A stretch of 64,000 bases of DNA. It comes from Podarcis vaucheri (lineage: Eukaryota). Both the position numbers and the translations under genes were made by a program. The stretch is from NCBI GenBank assembly GCA_965113315.1, contig OZ220363.1. The stretch is one strand, 5' to 3'. Below the pieces are notes generated by a model. The model searched no databases and was not told the origin of the DNA. It was given only the letters and a program-made list of their open reading frames with translations. Shown here in pieces: positions 52,678 to 64,000 of this stretch (the stretch's first letter is position 1; every line of letters begins with the position of its first letter).

Positions 52678-53496
52678 CTAGTAGCCGAGCAGGCTCTGGC
52701 AGTCGGGCGCCGTGGCCCTGCGGATCAGCGGGCGGCCTCGCAGCGAGGCGCCCCCTCTCCCCGCCTCGGAGCCGGATTGCGCTGCGGCGGCGTCTGGGCC
52801 CCGCTCCTCCTCCTCGTCGTCGTCGTCGTCCTGCTCCCGCCTGTGGGCGCCGCCGTCCCCGCGAGGCGACCGAGGGGTCGTCGGGCCGTCGCCGGGGGAC
52901 GCCGCCGCCGGCTCGGGCAGCTCGAGGATCAAGGCTCCGGAGGCCCGCAGCGCCCGCACGCAGCGCCCGTGGCCCTCGCTGGCGGCCAGCTGCAGCGCGG
53001 TGCGGCCAGCGCGGTCGGCGCGCTCGAGGCAGAGGCCGAGGCGTCGGAAGGAGCGCAGCAGCCACTCGACGACGGGCGCGCGGCCCTGCCAGGCGGCGTA
53101 CATGAGCGGGTTCCAGCCTCGCGAGTCGGCCGCGTCCGGGTCGGCGCCGTACTGGACCAGCAGCTTGGTGACGTCCAGGTAGCCCCGCTCGCAGGCCAGG
53201 CTCAGCGCGCTCCGCCCGGCGTCGTCGCGCAGGTCGACGGCGGCGCGGCGCTCCAGCAGCAGCCGGGCGAAGGCCACTCGCCACGCGGGGTCCTTGAGCG
53301 CCACGGCGTGCATGAGCGGCGTGCGCCCGCGGTCGGCTCGGCAGTCCACGATGGTGCCGTCCACGGCGTCCAGCACGAAGCGCGCCAGGTGCAGGCGGCC
53401 CGCGCTCATGGCCTCCAGGAAGGTGCGCGTCGACGCCCCCGGGCCCAGGTCCCGCGGCCGCAGCATGGCTTGCTGCTCGTACCCCGCGCGGCTCAT
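52678..53496 (-). CDS. ANKRD63: Ankyrin repeat domain-containing protein 63 (single exon)
   Basis: MLRPRDLGPGASTRTFLEAMSAGRLHLARFVLDA, ankyrin repeats (GRTPLMHA, GRSALSLAC, GWNPLMYAA, GRTALQLAA), RSFRRLGL and C-terminal RRATAPD match recalled ANKRD63 motifs. Position between PAK6 and PLCB2 matches mammalian synteny. The conserved start is probably the second ATG (53466, 262 aa). Confidence 0.92.
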   Translation of the reverse strand: MSRAGYEQQAMLRPRDLGPGASTRTFLEAMSAGRLHLARFVLDAVDGTIVDCRADRGRTPLMHAVALKDPAWRVAFARLLLERRAAVDLRDDAGRSALSLACERGYLDVTKLLVQYGADPDAADSRGWNPLMYAAWQGRAPVVEWLLRSFRRLGLCLERADRAGRTALQLAASEGHGRCVRALRASGALILELPEPAAASPGDGPTTPRSPRGDGGAHRREQDDDDDEEEERGPDAAAAQSGSEAGRGGASLRGRPLIRRATAPDCQSLLGY

Positions 53497-53535
53497 GGCC
53501 CGACGGCGACTCGAGGCGCCGGCTCCCCGGAGCCG

Positions 53536-53542
53536 CTTTATA
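53536..53542 (-). promoter_or_regulatory. TATA box of ANKRD63
   Basis: TATAAAG on the minus strand, an isolated AT patch in very GC-rich DNA, 40 nt upstream of the first ATG. A GC box (gggcggc/cccgccc) lies further upstream. Confidence 0.55.
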
Positions 53543-56500
53543 ACCTCGCCTCAAGTCGCCATGGCGATCGCCGCCTTGGAGTGTCAGGAGAGAGAGAGCC
53601 ACCGAGGCACCTCCGCTCTCCCGTTTGCGCGCTGGGGTGGCGGGCGGCGGGGCTGGGTCGTCGAGGGTTCGCGGAGCCCCTCCAGCTCCTCCCCGCCCAC
53701 CTCGAATAAGGCAGGGCAATGTCGTGCGCTAGATGCGCTGCCCTTGTTATTAGTGTGCTGTCAATGGTGTGACGTGTGACTGGTTCAAGGTGGCAGGTCC
53801 ACATCTCAGTTGGCCAGGATTGGCTGAGTGTGGCAACAGTCTAAAAACCGAAGAACACTGGAACGGTATTTGTCCTATAGATGTGCGGGAAATTACGGTA
53901 TTTTTTCTTGAAACAAGACACGCATGGTGTTCTCCGAGTTGTGAAATCCTCCAGGGAGGGAGGAAGACGTGAAAATAAAATAAAATTATTTCAGTTGGAA
54001 GGTGACCAAAGGGTAATCAAGTCCAGCCCCCTGGAAGATGACTTGGGGGATCCTTATGCCTGAACTTTTTCAGGGCTCAAGGCGATATCATTGATAGTGT
54101 GTGGTTCCATGGACAGAATCTATCTGCACATCATTTGGTAGTTCTTACCACGGGTGAAGAAGGTCTGAACTGTGCCTTTTGACCAGTGTTTTGTTAAGGT
54201 GATGTGAAGACGTTCTGGGTGGCTGTAAAGTTACAGCCGTCAACTGTGCATGTGTGAATTCACCCTTTGTTCCTGAGCTTGTCAGAGGATTAGATGTGTG
54301 TCTATGCAGTACATTCAGTCCCTGTAGCCCACGCACCTCCTGCAGGTCTTTTGCTCTCGACTTTCCTGCAGGGCAGATGGTTAGTAACAATACTGGGATC
54401 AGTGCAAGAAGGGGTTTATCCACAATCCAAAGTGGTCCACAATTGCACTTTCTGCCTTGTACTCACTTCCTCCTGCCGGGGCTCCTGGATGCCTGCAGCA
54501 AATGCACCATCCTAGGTGAAATTTTCATATCCTTTCATATGACCTCAAAGTCAGTGGTTCACAGGGGAGGCTGTGCACACCTTCTGCTGTGTGTTGTGAA
54601 ATGCAGCAAGCATAGAGGAACCAGCACAGAGTTGCATTCATTTCATCTCTATGCTGCCCTCCCAAAAATTCTGCTTCTGCAGCATTCAGGTTTTGCAGCC
54701 TGATTATTTATTTCTATTTATGAATGGCTTCCTATGAAATTAATTGAAGCAATTTAACATGTAAACAATTTCATATATAAAAAGAATTAAGGCATAAATC
54801 TCTCTACAAGAGATTAAGTGAAAAACCACTCTCTTGGCCCACCCATTCTGGCAGGTGAAGAGGAGCCCAGTTCTGATGGTGGCTCCCAAGTGTTGTATAG
54901 CCAGCTTTGCACTGTTGTGAGGCAGATCCATGAGCATCTGGAGTTTCTGGAATACAACTCCCATCAGCCCCAGCCAGCATGGCCATGTTAGAATTCCTGC
55001 TCCGTGACTGCAGTCATGGGATTGTTGTCTGTCGCATGACGGTGTATGTTTTGACTCCACAGAGTGGGAAGTGATGGAGACAGGATGTTTGTGTTACTGT
55101 GTTCCATGAAGTGGGACTATTTCCTTTGTTCATTCCTTTTGCTGACTGATGCTAGGAAGAGGGAGCCATGTTGCAGTGCTCCGTGTGTGTTTATATGTAA
55201 ATAAAGTAGATTAACCAAAATGCTGAGTTGCTGAGGTCTGTTACGCAAACTGTGAGCACTCTGCACATCCCTAAGTGTGCCGGTGTCTGTTGGCATTGGT
55301 CGCAGTGATATTCAGGCTGAAGAAATCTTTTGAAGCTCCCAAATGAAAGACCAGGAGGGAGAGAACATGCCAGTTGGGCATGTGTCTCTGAAAGGGTGCT
55401 ACTCAAGTGTAGGACGAGCTCCTGACAGGCCAATGGTCAGGGATGACAGGAGTTGTAGTCCACCAGCATGGAAGGGTATCACATTGGCTACCCCTGCCTT
55501 AGGTTAAGGCAGAAATTCAGGCTGTTTTGCAAGTAGTAGTGTAGTTTTATTTTTGTGATGAATTCAGCATAAATTGAATCTATCTGTCAATTATCTGGCT
55601 TGCAGAAAGTGCACAAAAATCACAACATGTCAGGAAGCAAGATGTCATGGGTGTTGGGGAGCATGGCCAGGCAACACCAGCTGCTGGCATGAGTTTGCAG
55701 CTTGAGTCAGGCAGTGCATAGAGGACCCACCTCTGAACATCAGAGCCCCGTGCTCTTACTGCCAGCCAAGTTGCCAATGGCAAACTTACCCACGAGGTCT
55801 AGAAACTGTTTTTTAATTTTAAAGGAGAACTGGGGTTTTCCCTTGTTCTCTGTCCCCTGCTAGATTCTGCAGGAACCTCCAAATGCATAGTAATCTACCA
55901 ACTCAGTGGGAGCCCCTGTATGTCAGGTGCTGCATTTTCCTCTTTAATCATTGTTTCTAAGGGCCAAGCAACATCATCCCACCAGCAAACAGCTGTTGTG
56001 CCGCTGCTGCCAGACAGCTTTTCCCTGTGTCAAGAACCAGCTCCAGCAGCCGGATGCTCATGGCAGGTGTGCAGTGCCTGTTGGTGAATTCTTAGCTCTG
56101 CGCCCACCAGCTTTCAGCACATGACTGCAGTCAGATGCAAAGGGGCGCTTGTGGTAGGGTGCTAAAAGCCAGAGGTCACCACTAGCGTCAGATGCAGGAC
56201 CTTTTAGGGTGAATTGGTGGAGCCCACATGCTGAGCAGCACCTGGCAGGGTCCTGTGACTTGGACCAACATACCAGGGATGAAAACATTTTAAAAATAGT
56301 GTTCTAGCCATTCTTATTAAGGCTATGCTTTGGAGACTTTCAGGCTTCAGTTCTATACACTGGGAGTAAACCACACTGAACTCAGCAGGCATGTAAAGGA
56401 TTGTACTGTGAGTGTCTGGAGCATGAGAACAGTGTCAGCATCAATTCTGGTGGGTCAGCATTCAAAATTGGCCAGGTATCAGGTGCCTATAAGCCACTTG

Positions 56501-58660
56501 GGACCAAGTGAGGCTGCCCGGGCACCAAGGATGGCGCCTGATGTTTCCACCATCTGGAGATGCATGCCTGGGGATCCTTGTATATTGTTTTCACACACTA
56601 GTAACACATCCTGTAGAATTCTATCCATTATATTTTATCCGCACAATCGGAACAAATTTCACAAACCTAAGGGTGTATTGAAAAATACGACTTTTGATCT
56701 GACTGGCCCCCAAATGACATTCCGTTTTGGCGACTGTAACCCTGGTTTAAGGAGCCATTTGGTGCCTAGCTTATATATATGAGTTTCTAACGCTGCAGTG
56801 TGTATTTTTCTGGGCACTTGCTTTTGACGTTTTGGTTGCCTGACTCTCCGCACTGCTTGAAAAGTCTCCTCGCAGCAATAGCTTCTGCTTAAGGCTTCTG
56901 CTTCTGGCTCCTTACTGGTGTTTGTAAAGCTCTTGGAGAAAGTGTCATGTAACTAATTACAAGGAAGTTAATAAGCCAGCAATCAGGTGAGGTGCCTTCT
57001 GCTCCTTTCCAGCCTGCTGGCTGCAAAACAATCTACAGCGACCTTTCTGTCTGTCTATGAAGGTGGGGGGGGGGGAGAGAAAAGTAGATAAAGATCTGTT
57101 TGCATATTTCTCCTGCCTATAGAGTTGGCCTATTAGGGAACAATCTTGTGGTCACTGGGAGGATGGAAGAGGAGGACAATAGGGTGCTGTGGGTCCCTCA
57201 CCTAGCCAGCCACCACTGGGACCCTTCCTGCTGCAGCAGCAGAAAGCTGTGCTTGTGGTGGAGCCCAGAGCAAAGCATGTTGGGGGAGGTTGTTGATCTG
57301 AAGAACAGCCACCCCCCACCCCTGGCAAAAAACCCATTGACCAGCCTTGAAGCTGGTATAATTAAGAATGAACTAGTTGTCATCCACCCTGGCCCCTAGG
57401 GGGCAGCAGGGCTATGGATGCAGTGGTTGCTGCACCATGAATCCTCTCCAATCCAGGCAGGTGAGAGTGCTCTGTGCATTTGCAAATTAGGATACAATAT
57501 GAATACACTGAGCATATGCACTTGCACAGACAAAATATTGGGTGTCTTAGAATCATAGGACCCACGAGGGTAATCTAGTCCAACCCCCTGCAATACATTC
57601 AAGTAAGATTTACTCAATGGTAGATCCCCTGAAATGAATGAATAAGTGTAGTCGTTAGAGAGTCAGACCCTAGGACCTGAGAGACCAGGGTTCAAACCTT
57701 CACTTAGCTTTGAAGGCCACTGAGTGACCTCACAGGGTTGTTGTGGAGATTAATTTGGAGGGGGGGGGAGGAGCTTCTTGAAGAATATAAATGGGGTCAA
57801 TCAGTAAGTCAGGTCAATTTATTCCAATGGATCTACTCTAAATAAAATGCCACCCATAGTGTCTTGTGGTTAGCTCTTGCATTTAAATTAATCTGGGCTA
57901 AATATTATTCCAGTAGCAGCACTCATTCAGCTGTTTACAATGCAGAGAATGTTGACAAGTGCTTTGATATTGATCGGAACTTGGTCATAAAGTGGGGTGC
58001 TCTTTTAAGAATGCAATGCCATTGATGAGCCCAGCAGCGAAGCAGAACCCAAAGCCACTCCCTGAAGTTGTGATTATTATTCTTCCAGTTGCAATTGTTA
58101 TTGTGGGTCCCTTTGGGTGAAACTGGTCTCCCTCTGGTGACATGCATGCGGTCCAAGCATCCCTAGATTAATTAACATGGTATTTAATTTCATAGCACTG
58201 TAATGCCCTATGGAGGTACAGATTATTTGTCAAGTGAAAACAGTGCACTGTTTTCTGGAAGCTGTTAACAGCCCTTTGAACAACAGATTTTAGGAATTAC
58301 ACAGGGCGTGGTGCCAACAAAGGAAAGGGATTGGCTAGCGAGCTAATATGAATGTATCTCATTTGTTGGACAAAAAATAAACAGCTAGAAATTGCTGACC
58401 AACTGCTTGGTGCAGTGTGAAGGAAAGACAAGGCAGTAATGCAAAGCTCTTAGGTGTTCAGTAGTCGTGATGTTCTTCAAATAGTATAGCTAGCTTCAAA
58501 TATCTGAAGGGCAGAAACTTTCTAAAATGTGTGAAGCAAAATGCAGTCATCTGTCAAAATTTACACTTATCTGAATTTTGCAGTGCAGTTTTTACTAAGT
58601 AATGTGCATAAAAATACATATCCTGGGGTAAAGTGTGCATAAAAAGTGATTTAGTGATTA

Positions 58661-58892
58661 CAGTGGTACTTCAGGTTAAGTACTTAATTCGTTCCCGAGG
58701 TCCGTACTTAACCTGAAACTGTTCTTAACCTGAAGCACCACTTTAGCTAATGGGGCCTCCTGCTGCTGCTGCCGCCGCACTGCTGGAGCACGATTTCTGT
58801 TCTCATCCTGAAGCAAAGTTCTTAACCTGAGGTAATATTTCTGGGGTAGCAGAGTCTGTAACCTGAAGTGTATGTAACCCGAGGTACCACTG
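58661..58892 (-). mobile_element. MITE family A, copy 8
   Basis: Reverse orientation, TA-flanked. Confidence 0.87.
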
Positions 58893-59227
58893 TATAGCAA
58901 TTGATCTGTGAGTGCTCTGGTAGCTAGAATTATTTCAGGCCTCGTTTTTGACCATACTATTACCTGCAAAGAAGACACTTTTTTCATTAAACCAGTCATA
59001 AACCCTTGGACTTTGATGTAGGTAGGGTAGGCAACCGTGCCCTGGAAGAGGAAAAATCTCACCTCTACGAGAGAGCCATTGCCTTCATGCCCTGCCAGGA
59101 AAACCCGTTGAACTGCTGTGGGATATGGGATGCTAAATTAACTGGACATTTATTCTGATCCTTCAGGGCTCTTTTTGTACTCTGACTACAGGTTTTGGTT
59201 TTTTTTAAAAAAAGTTTACATTAAGTA

Positions 59228-59454
59228 GTGGGTGGACATAGCAGATGACACAGAGATTTCTCCAAGTAGTTCTTTATAAGTAAGCTGGAACTGAACTGAA
59301 CAGCAAACAGCTCAGCCAGCCTGCTTTTATAGGCTGTCAACATTGTAACAACAACAGCCCAGGGTTTCCCACCTAAATTAACTTATGTGGACCTGAGTGA
59401 AAACTATATACACAATACCCCTGGTGGCCAGGGTGAGAACTTCAATACATAACA
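59228..59454 (-). mobile_element. Putative solo LTR
   Basis: Minus strand begins TGTTATGTATTG and has a TATA-like CTATAAAAG; the other end and TSD are not resolved. Confidence 0.4.
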
Positions 59455-59483
59455 GTTTATTTCTATCCTGTACTGTCACTACA

Positions 59484-59611
59484 ATGGCCACATGACCCGG
59501 AAGTGTCTCTGGACAGCGCTGGCCCCCGGCCTCTTAAGTGAGATGGGCGCACAACCCTAGAGTCGGACACGACTGGCCCGTACGGGCAGGGGTACCTTTA
59601 CCTTTACCTAT
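59484..59611 (+). mobile_element. 5'-truncated Sauria SINE downstream of the PLCB2 stop
   Basis: 10-bp TSD tgtcactaca (59474-59483, 59612-59621); (ACCTTT)n tail. Confidence 0.85.
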
Positions 59612-59813
59612 TGTCACTACAGATCCTGAAAGATAGAAACTCCAGTGTAGACGCAAACTAATCTGGGTTACCAGATCACAGTAATCAAAGATTCAATGAG
59701 CTGATGGAAGTGCGACAAGAGACAGCCCATTAAGTTCTATGGAACTGTAACGTCTGGAACAAAATGAGTCATTAAAAAAACCTATGCCTTAAGAACAGGG
59801 TCAGGTGAGAGAC

Positions 59814-60074
59814 TCACAGCCTGCTCACTAGTATTTCGCTAGATTCCTCATCCTCTGCCGTATTCTCAGCCATCTGAGTTTCACATCTTTCAGCAACAGG
59901 TATCAGGTTGTTTTCTTGTAGCTGTTGTTTCAGCCCCTGGCCTCCTTCACTGGCAGCATATAGGTCCTCTTTCTTTGCTGCATCAGCTTTCACACAGTTC
60001 TTCACTAAAACTTGCACTTCTGTGCCGAGAGCTTTCACTTTGCCTTCGTACTCTGCGAATGCCTCCTGCTGCAG
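59814..60074 (-). CDS. PLCB2: PLCB2 terminal coding exon
   Basis: ctctccgtacag|LQQEAFAEYEGKVKALGTEV...EILVSRL*; ends in SRL like mammalian PLCB2 (ESRL). Confidence 0.9.
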   Translation of the reverse strand: MQQEAFAEYEGKVKALGTEVQVLVKNCVKADAAKKEDLYAASEGGQGLKQQLQENNLIPVAERCETQMAENTAEDEESSEILVSRL

Positions 60075-61219
60075 CTGTACGGAGAGAGAGATCAGTACAT
60101 GAGACACACATGTTGCTCAAATGCTCAGAAGAAGCCAAGTAGCTGCTTGTTTGTGGGATTTTACATGGTGCTGCTGGGTGAAAAGCCTTTGTTTTACAAA
60201 GCCTCGGTTGTTAAAGGCCAAATTAGGCATGCTCACTTTTGTGATGGGGAGCTATTAGGATCATTTTTTATGAAAAGTAGCTGACCATATTTGGATTGGG
60301 AGGGATTACTTTGTACACCCCCCCACCTTATGTCAGTTCTCTCATGCAAGGCACCTTGGAAGCCAATAGCTTTGGAGAAGGGGGTAGGAACCGGGATTTT
60401 GGAATTACGTGGGCTCACTTTACCCTACACAAGAGGTCAGCATCCGTTTTGAACCAGTGAGCACATATGGAATACTGGGAAAGTATTGTGGGTGACAGTT
60501 ACAAAATGGCTGCTGTTATTGTGGTGTGGACAAGCACAAAATGGCTGCCATGGGGTTGTGGTATAACGTCCGCCACTAGTGAACTCACAAAGAGAAGCTC
60601 TGCACAGGAGAGTGAGTATCGAGTCCTGGCATCCACTGAAATGCAAGGATGTTGGATGGGGTAGGTTCAAAGTAGGAGAGGCTTAACCATTGCAAACAGG
60701 AGCTGGGCAGGGACAACAAACAGTCCTTTGTGCATTTTGCTGAGCTATTTTCTGAGACCTTCAGCAGGTACCACAGCAAGTACGATCAAGCACACTGGTG
60801 TATGTGAGTGCTGTGCTGTTGACCCCTGACCAACACCACATTCCCAGTCCAAATGGTCCCCTTGGTACTCCCAACTCTGGGTAATTTGTTTGCTGTTTCC
60901 TTTCTGCGTGATTATGTGCACTAGTCAGTGCCCAGCTGGCTTCGGAGTGAGGTTTGCACCACTTGCCTTCTAGTCTTTGTCTGACTTGCTTCATTGCCTG
61001 AAGCTCCCCAGAATGCCAAGCAGCCACTTGGGTGCCACAAAGCTGGAGAGGATGCTCAGGAGCGATAGTGTCAACCACCCATTTCATCTCAACCATTCCA
61101 TAGCAAAACTAGGCCTTCAAAAGAATTGTTGGCTTTCTCTGCTGGACACTTCTTAGAGCCGGGGGTTGGAGTAAATCTCTGGGGTCTATTCTAGACCTTT
61201 GATTCTCCCATCCTCTTAC

Positions 61220-61306
61220 CTGGTTTTCCTTTTCCTTGATTGCTTCTAGGCAGGCTGCCTGCTTTTTCTCCAGTACTTCTTGGTCCCTAGCCTGTTTTTC
61301 ATTCAT
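61220..61306 (-). CDS. PLCB2: PLCB2 penultimate exon
   Basis: cttcaag|MNEKQARDQEVLEKKQAACLEAIKEKENQ|gtaaga; 87 nt, with the conserved KQAACLE motif. Confidence 0.92.
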
Positions 61307-62134
61307 CTTGAAGCAGGGAAAGAAAGTATTTTAAAAGCCATCATCTTCAAACCAACAGTATAAAAGCGAAATAAAAAAAAATAGTCCAGTAGCACCTTAG
61401 AGACCAACTAAGTTTGTTCTAGGTATAAGCTTTTGTTTGCATGCACACTTCTTCAGATAGTATAAAAGCGGCAAATGTTATTGCTAGGTACTTGGGGCAT
61501 AGGCTCATGGCACAAGTTTGCATAACGGTATAGACTGCCTCTGGGCAAATTAAGTTAGTGAGTGGGGGGGATTTCACACTAGCTCTGCATTTTGCAGTGT
61601 GCCCAGTAAAATGTGATTCAGCGGCAAGAATTCTGGGACCCAGCAAAGAAGAAGACGACGACTTAGAGCACAGGCCCCTGGGCCGCCCCCTAGAAACACC
61701 CTGATGAATCCCCGTGGTCCTTCAGCAATGTGTTAAGCTGACAAAGCAGGAGTTCACACTCAGGATTTCTTAGCAACTAAAGCATAGCTATTTATTTTTT
61801 TAAAATGTTTAAATATTAAATGCCACTTTTCTGGGCAAATGGCTATCCAAAGCAGCTTGCAACCAAGGACTATAAAAGAAAAAAGAACTAGTTAATACTG
61901 TCATTGTGTGAAGGACCTCTCTCCTTTGTGGCCACCCACCTTCCTGACCTAGAGGGCAGACACAGCAGGAGATTTCAGAGTTCCAGTGGGATGGTAAAGG
62001 TGCAGGTCCTCCAATAAATGGTTCGGGCCTAAGCTAAGCTGAGTGAAATGATCCCGAGGGTGTACTTTTGTGTTGTACAATTGGACTAAGATTTGCCAGA
62101 GGCCTTATCCAGCTAGTTTTTGTGACAGCCTTAC

Positions 62135-62192
62135 CTGTTTGACCATCTGTACCACTTCCTGAATGTGTGCGTTGTTGATTTCTCTCTTCAGT
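62135..62192 (-). CDS. PLCB2: PLCB2 exon
   Basis: ccctacag|(R)LKREINNAHIQEVVQMVKQ|gtaagg; 58 nt, phase-compatible with its neighbours. Confidence 0.93.
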
Positions 62193-63200
62193 CTGTAGGG
62201 AAAAAACCACCCTATCAACACACTTTGATAATGATAACCTTCAGCAGGGAAACGCTTCAGTTAGTCATGACTGAGAGGTTTATCACAGATGCCCAGTTAA
62301 GAATTAAAATGACAGGGTGTTAAAGGTACATGATTTGCCAGCAAAAGGCATTGTGTTGTAAAGAACTGTACTAAAGTGATAGATTTATAGGATTTCCCTG
62401 TAGTGATGATGATAGCAATGTGTGTCAGTTAAGGAAACCTCCACAAATGAATTGGGTTGTAGTAACCTGAGAATGTGCTGGGCAGTACCTACGAGTGTCT
62501 GACAAGGACCAGGGAGGGTTAGGTTCAAATTCTCCCACAGCCTTGAAACTAACTTGGGACCTTAGGCCAATCACTGTCTTTCAGGATTGCTGAGAGGGTA
62601 TGTGAAGTATGTGTGATAAGCACAGAGCAACTGAGGATGAGCAAGTCTGTGTGGGAGAGTATGTGGGTCATACTCATGGCTGATATGTGGCCCCTAGAGG
62701 GTTGCTCAAGGATGAATGTGGCCCTTGGGTCAAAAAAGGTTAGCCATCATTGGTTTAGCAGGATACCAGAATTCTCACACTGTTTTTAAGTTTTAGGCTC
62801 TTTGCAAGTAAAAAATTGTTTCTAGCTAGGCATGGAGAAGAAATTCTGTTTTGTTTTAACTACCTCATTCACACTTCTAGAACCAATATGCAATCTGAAA
62901 TATGACCATCCTTCAAAATGTGCACTTTCCCAAATTTTGCAATAGCAGTTCTCTATCCAAGCCATATACAAAAATATTAGGGGGAAAAGGTGCATTAAAA
63001 TGCACATATTAGTGAAAATAATATTAAAATGCATTACATTACTGGGATTTGCTTGCAAAAAGGCATGCATGAGTCAAAATGTGTTTATTAGGATAAATTT
63101 GCACTAAAATACTGGTGAATTTTCAAGAGGATTAAAAAAATAAATTGCAATTTGCTGCAGAAATGTGGAGAACTACAATTAAGACTGGAAAAAGGAAAAC

Positions 63201-63439
63201 TAGGGGTAGGGAACCTAAGGCCCGGGGGCCGGATGCAGCCCAATCACCTGGCCTGCGGACGGTCCGGGAATCAGCATGTTTTTACCTGAATAGAATGTGT
63301 CCTTTTATTTAAAATGCATCTCTGGGTTATTTGTGGGGCATAGGAATTTGTTCACCCTCCCCCCAAATATAGCCTGGCCCACCACATGGTCTGAGGGATG
63401 GTGGACGGGCCCACAGCTGAAAAAGGTTGCTGACCCATG
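63201..63439. mobile_element. hAT (Charlie-like) MITE, second copy
   Basis: Colinear with 42133-42383. Confidence 0.78.
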
Positions 63440-63555
63440 ACTTAGAGGGTCAAAATTGACAGATTTGTCCATCTCTATTTCTAGCTAATGCCCAGCCCTG
63501 TGAAAGAGTTCAGCAGATACAAACTGCAAAGAGGCCAATCAGTCTGCCACAGTAC

Positions 63556-63651
63556 CTTTCCTGGGCGCTCTTGTCAGTTGTGTTCTTAGCCATGGTCTGA
63601 ATTTTTTCCAGTCTTTTCACCTCTAGTTTCTTTTTCATTTCTTTAGTGTCA
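63556..63651 (-). CDS. PLCB2: PLCB2 exon (distal C-terminal coiled-coil)
   Basis: ctacag|(x)[31 protein letters not shown](R)|gtactg; 96 nt. Matches the recalled PLCB2 segment [17 protein letters not shown]...TTDK.AQER. Confidence 0.93.
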
Positions 63652-64000
63652 CTGTAGAGGAAGATATCACCTAGAGTTGATCGATTTCAGCAATAACACA
63701 TTTTTATCTCTGTAAATTGTTGTCTTCTTGTCTACCTAATGTCTTCAATCATTTCAGTCATAGAGCACAGGTTAGTAAAGGAAGCACCACATAATGCTCT
63801 TTGTTTACAGGCCTGAAAATGTTCCTTGCCGGAGGTAAATGATCCCAGTGGAATGAGAGAAAATGCATAGGTATTGTGTGCAGGTTACATCATGCAAATC
63901 CCTTCTGACCACCCCGTCTATTTCTTCCCCAGCCAAACGACAGATGAACTAGACTAGCACCAACCAGGACTGCATGCACTGAGCCGTTTCAAAATAATGG

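Larger units (their letters stand above)
52445..53730. other. CpG island over ANKRD63
   Basis: Abrupt switch to very high GC and CpG density covering the promoter, the CDS and the proximal 3' UTR. Confidence 0.9.

Noticed and set aside
52456-53779. Long overlapping ORFs (417 aa +, 418 aa -, 207, 161 and 156 aa) over ANKRD63
   Set aside because: Low-complexity R/G/A/P shadows expected in stop-poor GC-rich DNA; only the 272-aa frame has a recognisable domain.

Overview
Vertebrate nuclear DNA from a squamate reptile, most likely a lacertid lizard, judged from Sauria-type and Squam-type SINEs, CR1/L2 LINE tails, Penelope relics and young hAT and Tc1/mariner MITEs. The window holds the conserved PAK6 - ANKRD63 - PLCB2 block. 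PAK6 (+) has its complete CDS in 8 coding exons (22873-46792, 670 aa). ANKRD63 (-) is a single-exon gene in a CpG island (52678-53496). The last four coding exons of PLCB2 (-) lie at 59814-63651. The most unusual object is an antisense gamma-like endogenous retrovirus in PAK6 coding-intron 2 (about 30303-32805). It has an intact 5' LTR, a perfect tRNA-His primer-binding site, a leader with splice donor and an uninterrupted 394-codon gag (MA, late domains, CA N-terminal domain). The gag stops at a junction-created TAG, and no pol, env or 3' LTR follows. The truncated unit is nevertheless flanked by a 5-bp direct repeat (AGATT), and a host AATAAA lies about 420 nt downstream, so it has the anatomy of a nested truncated-Gag gene. 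The rest is intron or intergenic DNA dense with nested TEs, including a hAT MITE carrying TTAGGG motifs and a mariner-type MITE filled with 60-bp palindromic tandem units. No prokaryotic-type systems, CRISPR arrays or genuine tRNA/rRNA genes were seen. TE family names come from recalled consensus features, not database searches.
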